This document shows, piece after piece, positions 30,326-40,103 of a DNA stretch of 64,000 bases. Each line of letters starts with the position of its first letter. Within the stretch, counting starts at the first letter, position 1. The stretch comes from Candidatus Bathyarchaeota archaeon (GTDB lineage: Archaea; Thermoproteota; Bathyarchaeia; Bathyarchaeales; Bathycorpusculaceae): assembly GCA_963702095.1 (NCBI GenBank), contig OY969706.1, forward strand, positions 2,400,001 to 2,464,000, in the 5' to 3' direction. The translations under genes were made by a program, and so were the position numbers. A model generated the notes under the pieces. The model made no database searches, was not told where the DNA came from, and was given only the letters and a program-made list of their open reading frames with translations.

Positions 30326-31009
30326 CTACGTTTCCCCCGCTATTTTTCCCTCACTTAAGAACAGCCGTCGTCTCGTATGTACCGCAACCTGCTCATCATG
30401 CGTTACCATCAAGATAGTTGTGCCCTGCTCATAATTGAGGTTTGAGAGTAACTTGACGATTTCCTGCTTGTTGGCAGCATCCAAGTTGCCCGTGGGTTCA
30501 TCAGCTAAGATGATGGTGGGATCGTTTGCCAAAGCTCTGGCGATGGCAACACGCTGCTGTTCACCCTGGCTTAAATGCTGAGGCCGATGCTGCTCCCGCC
30601 CCGACAAGCCAACGGTGCCCAGTAGTTCCAGCGCCCTCAGCTTACGCTGCCCCTTAAACTTACCCGCCAACTCCATAGCCAACTCGACGTTTTCCCGGGT
30701 GTTGAGGTATGACAGGAGGTTGAAGTTTTGGAATACAAAGCCAATCTTGTCGCGTCGTATTTTGTAAAGTTCTGATTCTGGCAGACGCGCGATGTCTATG
30801 CTGTCTATGGCTATTTTGCCTTCTGTGGGTTTGTCAATGCATCCGATGAGATTTAGCAGGGTGGTTTTGCCTGAACCTGAGGGTCCCATGATGGCTGTGA
30901 ATTCGCCTCGTTTAACCTCAAGGTCTAAGCCGGTTAGGGGCTGGATTTTGCGTTTGCCAAGCGTAAACGTCTTGGTTAGGTTTTCTATTTTTAGAACTGG
31001 CTCATTCAT
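30326..31009 (-). CDS. ABC transporter ATP-binding protein (LolD/MacB type)
   Basis: [25 protein letters not shown]. Confidence 0.93.
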   Translation of the reverse strand: MNEPVLKIENLTKTFTLGKRKIQPLTGLDLEVKRGEFTAIMGPSGSGKTTLLNLIGCIDKPTEGKIAIDSIDIARLPESELYKIRRDKIGFVFQNFNLLSYLNTRENVELAMELAGKFKGQRKLRALELLGTVGLSGREQHRPQHLSQGEQQRVAIARALANDPTIILADEPTGNLDAANKQEIVKLLSNLNYEQGTTILMVTHDEQVAVHTRRRLFLSEGKIAGET

Positions 31010-32372
31010 GACGCATTGCCTCCGCAGGTCGTATTTTTGCCGCTCTCCAAGCCGGGTACAGGCTGCCAAGCGCACCCAGCGCCACTGCAATGCCCAATCC
31101 AGCCAGTATAAGTTGTGGGGTTATGGTTAGAGTGAGGGGAACCGGAACCGTTTGTCCATTCTGTGAAGTTGTAAGATCAACTCCCCACTGGTTTAAGCGA
31201 GGTAGCAGTATTTGCCCTAAAGCTGATGCACCGACTGTACCGATGGCTATACCGATTATGCCAGCGATTAGACTCAGAAGTATGCCTTCAATCATGAATT
31301 GCCCCAGAATCGTTTTGTTGCTTGCGCCCATAGCTTTGAGGGTGCCGATTTCTCTAGTTCGCTCACGCACCGAATACAGCATGACAAGCAGTATTATTGC
31401 GACTTGAGCAGCCACCACAATGCCTATAATCATTATACCCGTGTTTTCTATACTACTCATTTTAGCTTGCGCCGTTTGCAATTGTTCTTCCCAAACATGT
31501 TGACCACTTAAAATGTTGTTTATCAACGCTTTATTAGTCTGAACCTGAAGCTGAGGATATTCAGTTTTGATTTTGCTCTCGACTGTATCTACGTTTTCTA
31601 CAGTGTCAGCAAAGACTATGAGTTTTAGTGCCTGTCCAGTTGTGTTAGTGATGGTTTGGGCATCCTCAAGACTCATGTATGTATCAAAAGTAAAGCCTGA
31701 TCTTCCCGTCCCCTGAATACCCACTACCGTAAAGTTTTGACCCAAAATGTTAACGGTGGCACCAACACTAGCGTTAAAGTAATATGCAGCTACCTCCGTT
31801 AAAACGACGACGCCATGGTTACCAGCCTCTAGGTTTCGACCAGCAGTAATATTCTTCGCCGTGGTTAAAGTCCAATCATTTGTAGGCAAAATTGATGGAA
31901 ACCTTTCGATATAAGAGGCTTCTAAAGGTATCCCATAAATGTACATGTCGCCCGAGTATGTGTATTCATTATAAGTGATGTTGAAAGGATTATTTTTCTC
32001 GTCCGGTAGCCAATACGACAGTATTGGTATCACGTCGGCGACTTCTGGGATAGAGGTCATGTTACTGAAGTCAGTTATGTTCAGGCGCGGCGTATCCATA
32101 ATGGTTTCATTTTTGTAGGGACCCGTATTATAGTAAAATTGTAATCCCAGAGTGCAGTCCATTTGGGTTGCAGTGATATTCATAGCCTGATTATTGGTGT
32201 TGATGGCGCCAAATATTTCATCGAGCACTTTTTGGTTGGCTTGCTGGTTTGCCATGATGTTTGGCGGAAGAGAAGTTATTATCGCTAAAGCAAGACTCAA
32301 CACTACAACTAGCAGAAGAGCTCTTGCTTTTCTTCTAGATATGTTTCTGGCGGCTCTTGTCAAGATTCCCAT
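31002..32372 (-). CDS. ABC permease (MacB/FtsX family)
   Basis: ERTREIGTLKAMGA, PAWRAAKIRPAEAMR. Confidence 0.92.
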   Translation of the reverse strand: MGILTRAARNISRRKARALLLVVVLSLALAIITSLPPNIMANQQANQKVLDEIFGAINTNNQAMNITATQMDCTLGLQFYYNTGPYKNETIMDTPRLNITDFSNMTSIPEVADVIPILSYWLPDEKNNPFNITYNEYTYSGDMYIYGIPLEASYIERFPSILPTNDWTLTTAKNITAGRNLEAGNHGVVVLTEVAAYYFNASVGATVNILGQNFTVVGIQGTGRSGFTFDTYMSLEDAQTITNTTGQALKLIVFADTVENVDTVESKIKTEYPQLQVQTNKALINNILSGQHVWEEQLQTAQAKMSSIENTGIMIIGIVVAAQVAIILLVMLYSVRERTREIGTLKAMGASNKTILGQFMIEGILLSLIAGIIGIAIGTVGASALGQILLPRLNQWGVDLTTSQNGQTVPVPLTLTITPQLILAGLGIAVALGALGSLYPAWRAAKIRPAEAMRHE

Positions 32373-32419
32373 TTTCTCTCGTTCCAAGTTTCCTATGATG
32401 CCGTGTTAAACTATTATTT

Positions 32420-32456
32420 CTACGGTGTAGGAGCATTTGTACTACGGTATAGTACA
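32420..32456. promoter_or_regulatory. Paired operator upstream of the ABC permease
   Basis: CTACGGTGTAG (32420) and CTACGGTATAG (32442, inside the dyad TGTACTA-N5-TAGTACA), 22 bp apart. Confidence 0.6.
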
Positions 32457-32510
32457 GTCACTTGGCTGGAAGAGAGGACAGTTAACGAGAGGCTGTTAGC
32501 TGCTGGCTTG

Positions 32511-32927
32511 TTATAGGCTGCCCTTACGCCAGACTTTAAGGGTTTCATAACTGAAAATCACTATGAAGATTATTGCGGCGGCGACTGAGATGGCATATGC
32601 CGTGGTGAAAAGCGGCTCAAGAACCGCAAGCTCCAACACTAAAACCCCAACGGCGAACAGAAGGTAGAAGAAATGTCGGGGAATTAGGAAACGGCTGATT
32701 TTCACACAGTTCTCCAGTTCCACGCGGTTGATTACATAGTCGCCATATTCGCGTTTGACAAGCCCCACTGCTTCCAGTTTGGCGAGGTGATGCTGAGCTA
32801 TTGAGGGACTGCTAAGTTTTAGGGTTCGCTGGATTTCTCTGATGCCGAGGGGTTTGTTGGTTTTGAGCAGTAAACGGTAGATGTCAAGGGCGGTTCCCTT
32901 CAGGGTCGCGGATTCTTTCTCAATCAT
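32511..32927 (-). CDS. Membrane-anchored wHTH regulator
   Basis: GIREIQRTLKLSSPSIAQHHLAKL plus two C-terminal TMs. Confidence 0.85.
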   Translation of the reverse strand: MIEKESATLKGTALDIYRLLLKTNKPLGIREIQRTLKLSSPSIAQHHLAKLEAVGLVKREYGDYVINRVELENCVKISRFLIPRHFFYLLFAVGVLVLELAVLEPLFTTAYAISVAAAIIFIVIFSYETLKVWRKGSL

Positions 32928-33013
32928 GCTTGTTCCCCTCTCGAAAAAGAAGTTACAGCATTATCCTTTAAGCAGTTTCCGCAGCGTTTAAACAGTGACT
33001 ACACAGACTTTCA

Positions 33014-33096
33014 GGTAAAAACCTTCTTGTGAATCTTCGCATTGGTCTTGTGACTGCATCTGGGATGCGTTGCAGATAGTTGGCGTGTACCACAAG
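33014..33096 (+). repeat. Probable decayed copy of the 126-bp element
   Basis: GGTAAAAACCTTCT and TGCGTTGCAG..GTTG..CACAAG match segments of the 25265 copy, with an internal deletion. Confidence 0.4.
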
Positions 33097-33195
33097 TACA
33101 TGGCAAGTGGCAGCATAACCCAAGCTCGCTTAAACAGAAGCAAACCGAGCGCTAAAAAGAATCAAAAAAGAAATTAAGGTTTAGTCGAGAACGGC

Positions 33196-35103
33196 CTAAC
33201 CGTGGAACTGCGGACGCTTCGACAAATACATTGGCAGCGGCAGGGGCTTGAAGGGTTTGCCAACGATTTTCTCCTCAACTTTGCTGATGAGTTGCTCTGT
33301 GGTTAATGCTACCTGTTTGCCCCTCTCTTCACGGATACGCACCGACAGTGTTCCCGATTCGACTTCTTTCTCGCCCACAACGATGATGTAGGGCACCCAT
33401 TCCTGCTCTGCCTCTCGGATTTTCTTCTGCAGGGTCGAGGAGGAATCGTCGATGTCTACGCGGATGCAGTGCGCAGCGATTTGCTGGGCTAATTCGGCGA
33501 CTTTGTCGAGGAACTTGTCGGAAATTGGGATAAGCCTAACCTGAGTCGGCGACAACCACAATGGCAGCATCGGAGCCTTACCCGTCATCTGTTCACGGTA
33601 CGCCTTCTCCAAGAGGGCGTAGATGTCACGTTCGATGGCGCCGCTTGGGCTACAGTGCAAGATGAGCGGATACTGTTTCTCGCCTTTCTCGTCTACGTAT
33701 TGGATTCCGTAGCGTTTGGCGTTTTCAACGTCGATTTGGTCTGTGCTGAGTGCTGCGGCTTTGTCTTGGTTGTCCACGAAGTTTAGGTCCCACTTCAGGG
33801 CGAAGTAGAAGAACCGCTCGTTCCAGACTTCCGCCAAAATGGGCTTGTCGAACTTAGCCGCGATTTCAGCTATGAAATCTTTATGTTCGGCATAGAAGTC
33901 TTTGGTGAAGCGCATGGCGATTTCATAGTCCTCTTTGACTAAGCCAATGTTGGCTAATACGTCGATACAGAGGTTGAAACGGATGAGGAACTCTTTTTTT
34001 GCTTGGTCGAGGTCAGTGCAGAAGGCATGGCAGTCTGGCATTGTGAATGCTCGGAGCCGTTTGAGCCCGACGACTTCGCCGCTTTTCTCCCTTCGGAAAC
34101 TGTAGCGGGTTAACTCATAGAGTTTGAGGGGCATTTGCTTGTAGCTGAACTGGGCATCGTGTGCCATCAAGAATTGACCGAAGCACGCTGCGAACCTCAA
34201 AAAAAGCTCTTTATCTTCGGATTTAAGCACGTATTGGCGTGCGGGGAAACGGTTAAGGTAGCTTGCGAGGCTGGGGTGGTTGAAGTCGTACATGATGGGT
34301 GTTTCGACTTCCATGCCGCCGTACTCTGCCACACGCAGACTCACATACTGCTCAAGAAGCGATTTAATCATGCGTCCCTTAGGGTACCAGCGGATGTTGC
34401 CCGGGTCACTTCCAGGTTCATAGTCGGCGATTTCAAGCCGCTTCATCAAGGGAACATGAGGCGGCATCTGGGTAACCGCACGGGTCTTCTTGATTTCGTA
34501 ATTACTGAATTTCTGGAGGTTGCTGTGACCTTTGAACTTGAATTCTTCTATGGGCACCAAGGAACCGTCGGTTTGTAGGATATGCCAGTAGGATTTCATG
34601 GTATCCTCAGCTTTCAGCGCTGCGGAAACAGGTTCTTCCTCTTTCTTAGCTTCGCGTGGCGCTTGACCTGCCGTTCCTGGTGGTGCCGCTTGGGCTGAAG
34701 TGTAGCTGCGCGCCATTTCAGCCAGCGGGTGCCCTTTTATGGATATGGTGAATTGCTTGTTCCATCCAAACGGTGCACGGTAAGTTTCGATACCCTTAGC
34801 TCTGGCGTAGGTTTCCATGTCCTTAATAATTGCGAACGCCTGAGAGGGCTGGCTGAGGTTGCTGCTGAGATGTGCAAAGGGGTAAATGAGTATACGATTT
34901 ACTTTGAGTCTGCCTAAAAACGCGCGTGCGTCGTCTATGGCTTTCTGCGCCAACGCCGAGTTGTCGCCTTCCTCAATGGCGGTGAATAACACCACAACTT
35001 CTTCAACGCGGGTTTCCTCTTTGGTGGCTTCTTCGGCTATGTTGATTTCTTTTTCGATGGGTTTGAAAACTACGTAGTTAGAGTGTAACTGTAAAATCCG
35101 CAT
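33196..35103 (-). CDS. thrS: Threonine-tRNA ligase (archaeal type with N-terminal editing domain)
   Basis: MRILQLH, YPFAHLS, LRFAACFG, ILHCSPSG. Confidence 0.97.
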   Translation of the reverse strand: MRILQLHSNYVVFKPIEKEINIAEEATKEETRVEEVVVLFTAIEEGDNSALAQKAIDDARAFLGRLKVNRILIYPFAHLSSNLSQPSQAFAIIKDMETYARAKGIETYRAPFGWNKQFTISIKGHPLAEMARSYTSAQAAPPGTAGQAPREAKKEEEPVSAALKAEDTMKSYWHILQTDGSLVPIEEFKFKGHSNLQKFSNYEIKKTRAVTQMPPHVPLMKRLEIADYEPGSDPGNIRWYPKGRMIKSLLEQYVSLRVAEYGGMEVETPIMYDFNHPSLASYLNRFPARQYVLKSEDKELFLRFAACFGQFLMAHDAQFSYKQMPLKLYELTRYSFRREKSGEVVGLKRLRAFTMPDCHAFCTDLDQAKKEFLIRFNLCIDVLANIGLVKEDYEIAMRFTKDFYAEHKDFIAEIAAKFDKPILAEVWNERFFYFALKWDLNFVDNQDKAAALSTDQIDVENAKRYGIQYVDEKGEKQYPLILHCSPSGAIERDIYALLEKAYREQMTGKAPMLPLWLSPTQVRLIPISDKFLDKVAELAQQIAAHCIRVDIDDSSSTLQKKIREAEQEWVPYIIVVGEKEVESGTLSVRIREERGKQVALTTEQLISKVEEKIVGKPFKPLPLPMYLSKRPQFHG

Positions 35104-35118
35104 GGGTCTTTACGCCTC

Positions 35119-35325
35119 TTAGCCATAACGCCATTTGTCAAGGGTCTTATCTTTTTTAGTTTTCTTCTTGTATTCTTTGTAGTGCTCTTTGCACAGGTAG
35201 GCACGTTTTTCGTTTCCAGCTTTTAAACCTGCAGCTTTAACTTTTTCAGCTGGCAGAGAGCGGACTGCTTCTTGACCGCAGACACTGCATTTCACGCCTT
35301 TCTCGATACGACCCAAACGAATCAC
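35119..35325 (-). CDS. Small Zn-finger protein
   Basis: CSVCG..LCKEHYK, upstream of thrS. Confidence 0.8.
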   Translation of the reverse strand: MIRLGRIEKGVKCSVCGQEAVRSLPAEKVKAAGLKAGNEKRAYLCKEHYKEYKKKTKKDKTLDKWRYG

Positions 35326-35356
35326 GCTCGATTTGTGTTACTACGCTATAATTTCA

Positions 35357-36283
35357 CTATTGCTTAAGTTCTTTTTCATACAAAACCTTGGCTCTTCGGT
35401 AGATTTCCTCTTTTTTGCCAAAGTAAGTGGGGCCGGGTCCTTCCACCACGCAGGAGGCTACGGCGGAACCTACCGCGGCACACCAAAGCGTCTCCTTCTG
35501 ACGCATATACTCGGTTAAAAAGCCGCCGATGAAGGCATCTCCTGCACCGGTGGGGTCAACCAACACCTCCGAGGGACAAGCGGCTACTTTGTATTGTGCA
35601 CCCTCCACAGAGAGCACCGAGCCTTTTTCACCCATGGTCACGATGACTGTTTCTACACCCACATCGTGAACGACTCTGATGGCGTGTTTGAGGTCAACTT
35701 CCCCTGTTAGGGCATAGAGTTCCGGTTGAGAAGACTTGTAAATGTTAATTAAACTAAAAATGTGGTTATCAACCAAAGCGTTGTCTGAGACATTGCCTGT
35801 TTCGTCGAAACTGCGCAGTAGCCCCTGCGGATCAAGCGAGACCACGTCTACGGATTTTTTGAGTTCCTCGGCAACCTCGTAGGATATTTCGTTGGCTATG
35901 GGTCCGAGATGTATGGCTTTGGCATGGAAATCTTTAGGTAAATCCTCAAGGGTCAATGGCGGACCTTTACTTTTTAGTCTAAGCGTGCGACTAGCGAAGT
36001 CTTGGCTGTAGGTTAATTCAAAACCCGTTGTGGGTTCCTCTGGATGTTGTATAACCGCTGTGAGGTCGATGCCTTCCTCTTGGAGCCACCAAAAATACGC
36101 GTGGGGGAAAGCTGCGCCTACACGGGAAACCACCTTAACCGAGGCGTCGAGGCATTTTGCGGCAAGAGAGGTGTAGGTGGTTGCGCCGCCTAGAATGTTG
36201 AGGGGTGCCTTGCGTGTTGGCAGGTGGATGGTGTCAGCTGAGAAGTGCCCAACCACTGCCAAATCGAAGCTTGATACCGCCAT
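35357..36283 (-). CDS. PfkB family carbohydrate/nucleoside kinase
   Basis: DPTGAGDAF. Confidence 0.9.
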   Translation of the reverse strand: MAVSSFDLAVVGHFSADTIHLPTRKAPLNILGGATTYTSLAAKCLDASVKVVSRVGAAFPHAYFWWLQEEGIDLTAVIQHPEEPTTGFELTYSQDFASRTLRLKSKGPPLTLEDLPKDFHAKAIHLGPIANEISYEVAEELKKSVDVVSLDPQGLLRSFDETGNVSDNALVDNHIFSLINIYKSSQPELYALTGEVDLKHAIRVVHDVGVETVIVTMGEKGSVLSVEGAQYKVAACPSEVLVDPTGAGDAFIGGFLTEYMRQKETLWCAAVGSAVASCVVEGPGPTYFGKKEEIYRRAKVLYEKELKQ

Positions 36284-36419
36284 GTCTCTATCCGTTTCAA
36301 ATATCTGAGTAGTCCTATATAGGATTAGCTTAACTCGTAAAGCAGGATTCAACGGAGAAACATTGACTTAATGTTGGGGCTGGGAAAGTTTTAAATCCGT
36401 TTTCTGCGCTTTGTGGTTA

Positions 36420-36483
36420 GGCTATGGCATTAGCTGTGGCAGACGCCAGAACCGCAACCCATTGGATGCTGATAATGCCTACC
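36420..36483 (+). ncRNA. Fluoride (crcB) riboswitch
   Basis: GGCTATGGCATTAGCT..AACCGC..GCTGATAATGCCTAC fits the crcB motif layout; GGCATT/AATGCC pseudoknot; about 10 nt before crcB; TTTTAAAT promoter near 36389. Confidence 0.9.
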
Positions 36484-36493
36484 ACAAAAACGG

Positions 36494-36895
36494 ATGGACA
36501 CTGAATTGAAGTGGATAGAGTTCGGTCTCTTAGTGGTAGGCGCAGTTGTCGGAGCTTTCTTACGGTACAAAATCGTTGAGTCTCCAGTGGCGATCTATGG
36601 GTTGCCAGTGAACGTGTTAGCCGTCAACGTCGTTGGCAGCTTCATACTGGGCTTGTTCTCAATTCTTTCAGTCGCATTGAACTTGCAACCTCAGTACTCG
36701 CTGCTTGTTGCGGTTGGCTTCTGCGGCTCCTTCACAACCATGTCCTCCTTCGCCTTGGAAACCACCAACCTAATGGAAGGCAACCAATTTATCCTCATGG
36801 CACTCAATATATTAGCAAACGTAGGCTTATCCGTGGGCGCCGTCATGGGCGGCAGAGCAGTCGGCAACGTTGTAATGGAGAGGTTTATGCGTTGA
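36494..36895 (+). CDS. crcB: Fluoride channel Fluc/CrcB
   Basis: GAFLRY, NVVGSF, GFCGSFTTMSSF. Confidence 0.95.
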   Translation: MDTELKWIEFGLLVVGAVVGAFLRYKIVESPVAIYGLPVNVLAVNVVGSFILGLFSILSVALNLQPQYSLLVAVGFCGSFTTMSSFALETTNLMEGNQFILMALNILANVGLSVGAVMGGRAVGNVVMERFMR

Positions 36896-37203
36896 AGATG
36901 AAGATGTGGCAACTTATGATTCGCATCAAAAAAAACGATGAAGTGGGCGGCAAACGCCTCGAGAAACTCATTATGGATTGCCTCCAAAAAGCTCATATTG
37001 AAGGCGCGACGGCTTGGACGGGCGTGGACGGTTTTGGTAAACGGGGCAAATCCACCCTACGGTTTGAGGGCGTCACAGTCAATATGCCCCTGATCATCGA
37101 AGTGGTTGACTCTCAAGAGAAGCTGGAGCCACTTTTGCCTGAGTTAAAGCAGATTATAGGAGACGACGGCTTAGTTACGGTGCAAGAGACCCAAGTTGTT
37201 TAA
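36892..37203 (+). CDS. DUF190 (PII-like) protein
   Basis: GATAWTGVDGFG, PLIIEVVDS; usual crcB neighbour. Confidence 0.9.
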   Translation: MKMKMWQLMIRIKKNDEVGGKRLEKLIMDCLQKAHIEGATAWTGVDGFGKRGKSTLRFEGVTVNMPLIIEVVDSQEKLEPLLPELKQIIGDDGLVTVQETQVV

Positions 37204-37210
37204 ACGTCTG

Positions 37211-37960
37211 CTACTCTGCCGACCCTATCCCCCTCTGTAATAGGCTAGACACCCTTAGCTCTGTGTTTGCGTATTTTCTTATGCCGCTTCTGCGTCCTAG
37301 TACAATAGCTGCCGTTAGCAAGCCAACCACAATTGCGACCAGAAACACAAGTATTATCCAGCCTAATGCGTCAGGTTTGCCGCTAGGCGGCGGGATGGCG
37401 GTTTGAATTATGGTTGAGGTAGATGTGGCTACGTGAGCGTCCAGGTTAACGGCTTGCGCGGGACTCCATTCGCTGGTTACGCCGACGAAAACATAGGGCA
37501 TAATCATTGTCCCGGGTTGCAGGTTGCCTCTGTCGCGGTGCCCAATCATGGCTTGCACCTCAAACTCGACAGTGCCCGACATGGGGATGGCTGGGTGGCC
37601 TTGGCTTGTCTGCTGCTGCAAATAGGCGGTTTGGCCTGTCACGTAAGTTATTACGGTGGTGGATTCGTTGGATTGCTGTGGATACCAGTCCTCCGCAGTA
37701 TAGAGCTCCGACCAGTTTTCCTCGCTAGTTCTGATGCGGACGTTGTAGAAGAGGTCGTCTCCGGGATAGTTGGCTGCGTTATATGGCTGGTTTTGTATGG
37801 TAAGCGTTATTGTGGTTACGTTGGCTTGATTCTGGGTTTGCACAGCGAATTCAGGAGCAGAGGGCGGAACCTGCGCGGATACAGTTTGTGTGAGAAGAAT
37901 AGGAGATGCCGCTAAGAAGAGGAAAAGGAGAGATAGGAAACCTCTCTTAGCAGCCTTCAT
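37211..37960 (-). CDS. Secreted membrane-anchored protein
   Basis: Signal peptide, PSAPEF..TIQNQP..FEVQAMIG..SEWS, C-terminal TM. Confidence 0.8.
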   Translation of the reverse strand: MKAAKRGFLSLLFLFLAASPILLTQTVSAQVPPSAPEFAVQTQNQANVTTITLTIQNQPYNAANYPGDDLFYNVRIRTSEENWSELYTAEDWYPQQSNESTTVITYVTGQTAYLQQQTSQGHPAIPMSGTVEFEVQAMIGHRDRGNLQPGTMIMPYVFVGVTSEWSPAQAVNLDAHVATSTSTIIQTAIPPPSGKPDALGWIILVFLVAIVVGLLTAAIVLGRRSGIRKYANTELRVSSLLQRGIGSAE

Positions 37961-38107
37961 AATTAGATTTGGATTGGGTGTGAATTAAAAGGGTTCTTGT
38001 ATAGGTTTGTGGACTAAGTTAAGTCAAGAAACCTTGACTAAATAATCCCGCCGCATCTATAGGATAATTTTATTAAAAATGCACTTCAATAAAATCTGGG
38101 ATTGAAA

Positions 38108-38665
38108 ATGAATGTTTTAATCGCTTACGGCACCCACTACGGCGCAACCCTCAGCACCGCAGAAGAAATCGCCAACATCCTACGAACAGAAAACTACACC
38201 GTAAAAGTAGTCAATCTCAAAGAAGAAAAAATCAAAGACATCTCACCCTACGAACTCGTCATCGTAGGCAGCGGCATGCAGATAGGCAAATGGACCGGCG
38301 AAGCAGAAGACTTCCTCAAAAAACACCAAAACGAACTCTCAAACAAGAAAGTTGCCATCTTCGCCTCAACCATGAAAATGGTGCCTCAAAAAGAGGGCAA
38401 ACCAGAAGAAGTGGAGAAAATCCGTAAAGCTGCACTCGACGACATAATCGCCAAGTACAACCTGCACCTTATAGCAGCCGGCTTTTTTGGCGGTGTTTTG
38501 AACTATAACAAGATGAACTTTCTTTTCCGACGAACGCTTGGGGCGCTTAAGCCTCAGCTGGAAACGGACGGCTTCAAAGAAACTGAGCCGGGTGTCTATG
38601 AACTGAGGGATTGTGATGAAATCCGCGGCTGGGCAAAGGAGTTGGCGGTTAAGGCATCATATTAG
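38108..38665 (+). CDS. Flavodoxin-domain protein (HemG-like)
   Basis: LIAYGTHYGAT..AEEIA, VIVGS, IRGWA. Confidence 0.85.
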   Translation: MNVLIAYGTHYGATLSTAEEIANILRTENYTVKVVNLKEEKIKDISPYELVIVGSGMQIGKWTGEAEDFLKKHQNELSNKKVAIFASTMKMVPQKEGKPEEVEKIRKAALDDIIAKYNLHLIAAGFFGGVLNYNKMNFLFRRTLGALKPQLETDGFKETEPGVYELRDCDEIRGWAKELAVKASY

Positions 38666-38742
38666 ATATTGCTTTTCGGTTTTTGGATAAGAGCCTTTTT
38701 ATTTTGTAAGCGCTAAGAGTGCAATTTAGAGAGGAAAATTCT

Positions 38743-39307
38743 TTGAGAAAAAGCGTTAAAATAATCTTAGCGGCATTCGCGGTGATATTCATTGTAGGCT
38801 TCGCTTGCTTTAGCCTAGTAATTTTTGATGTCCCAGGCAGCTTAGCTACTGGTACGCATCCACTGCCCAACGAAGCAGCCATAGGCAAAGCCATTGTAGT
38901 CTACGACCCTGGCTTGACAGGAGGCGCAAAGGACATCGCAACAAAAATCGGCTACGACCTCCAAGACGCAGGCTACGACGTGCTCTTGGCGGGGGTAAAA
39001 AGCTCATCCGCATCGGACCTATCAGGCTACGATGTGGTTGTTGTAGGAGGCCCCAATCTACGCTGGCAAACCCGCAAGCACCATACAAGCGTACCTCGCC
39101 AGTTTCACTCCACCAGCAGACGCAAAAGTCGGAGCATTTGGCTACGGCAGCGCAAAAATGGACAATACAAATCAAGCCGCAGTCCAACAAGACGTCGCCC
39201 GCTTACCCTCAAGCAGCACGGTAACGTTTAATGCAGTTGTCAAAGCAGTTTCAAACGAGGATGCCACGACGCAACTTCAAAGCTTCGTTAACAGCTTGCT
39301 ATCGTAA
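38743..39307 (+). CDS. Membrane-anchored flavodoxin-like protein, frameshift near 39054
   Basis: N-terminal TM, VYDPGLTG, VVGGP; continues IYAGKPAST.. to TAA at 39307. Confidence 0.7.
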
Positions 39308-39983
39308 AGTTAGTATCTAAATTTTCATTTTTCGTTTCTTGTGGCTGGCTTTGCTTTTTTGCATACGGCAAGATGAATTCAATCAGCAAGAGCACTATAA
39401 TAAGAGCAATAACCAAGGGCAACCCCCAAGCATTGTTCCTCAGAAACAGCGTGATGTGGCCAAACCATGGAATACGCATAACCACTTTGCCAATCACATA
39501 GTCCTGTGGTACACCTTGCCCTGTATGCCAAAGCGTGTTGGAATCATAGTCCTGTGGCGAAGGAGTATCGGGCCATTTTACGCTGGGATTGCCGTCGCCT
39601 TTGGTTTGGAAGTAGAGGGTGCCGTTGATTTCGTAGCTGGTAACTATGCGGTGAACTATGGGGGTAGCGTCTGGGTTGTTGGGGTTCTGGTAGACGATGA
39701 TGTCGCTGTTGGGGTAGTTGGTGTTTAAGTCTTTGGGATCCACCCCTTGGATAACGATTATGTCGCCAACGTGTAGAGTTTGCTCAAAAGTGTGGCTCCA
39801 GCCGTCGCATGCACCGTCATAGGGAACGCACATGCTGCCGCTCTCCACAACTCGCACCGGAACATCCGTATTCAATGCAAACCGCAACCCAAAAAAGAAG
39901 CCTAAAACTACAACAACGATAACTCCGATGACCATTGCAGACTTTAAGTATTCTTTGCGGCTGGTCTTCTTTGTGTCACTCAT
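39288..39983 (-). CDS. Signal peptidase I (Sec11/SipW type)
   Basis: VVESGSM, GDII, IVHRI, TKGDGN. Confidence 0.92.
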   Translation of the reverse strand: MSDTKKTSRKEYLKSAMVIGVIVVVVLGFFFGLRFALNTDVPVRVVESGSMCVPYDGACDGWSHTFEQTLHVGDIIVIQGVDPKDLNTNYPNSDIIVYQNPNNPDATPIVHRIVTSYEINGTLYFQTKGDGNPSVKWPDTPSPQDYDSNTLWHTGQGVPQDYVIGKVVMRIPWFGHITLFLRNNAWGLPLVIALIIVLLLIEFILPYAKKQSQPQETKNENLDTNFTIASC

Positions 39984-40103
39984 GCATCTTCAGCTGTTGA
40001 CTTGTAGAGAAATGCTGTTACAGTTAATAAACAACATTCTAGCTAAAAGCTATAGTAAGCAAGAAATAAAGGAGCGTAAGCTTTAGTTTTTTCAGGTTAA
40101 AGC

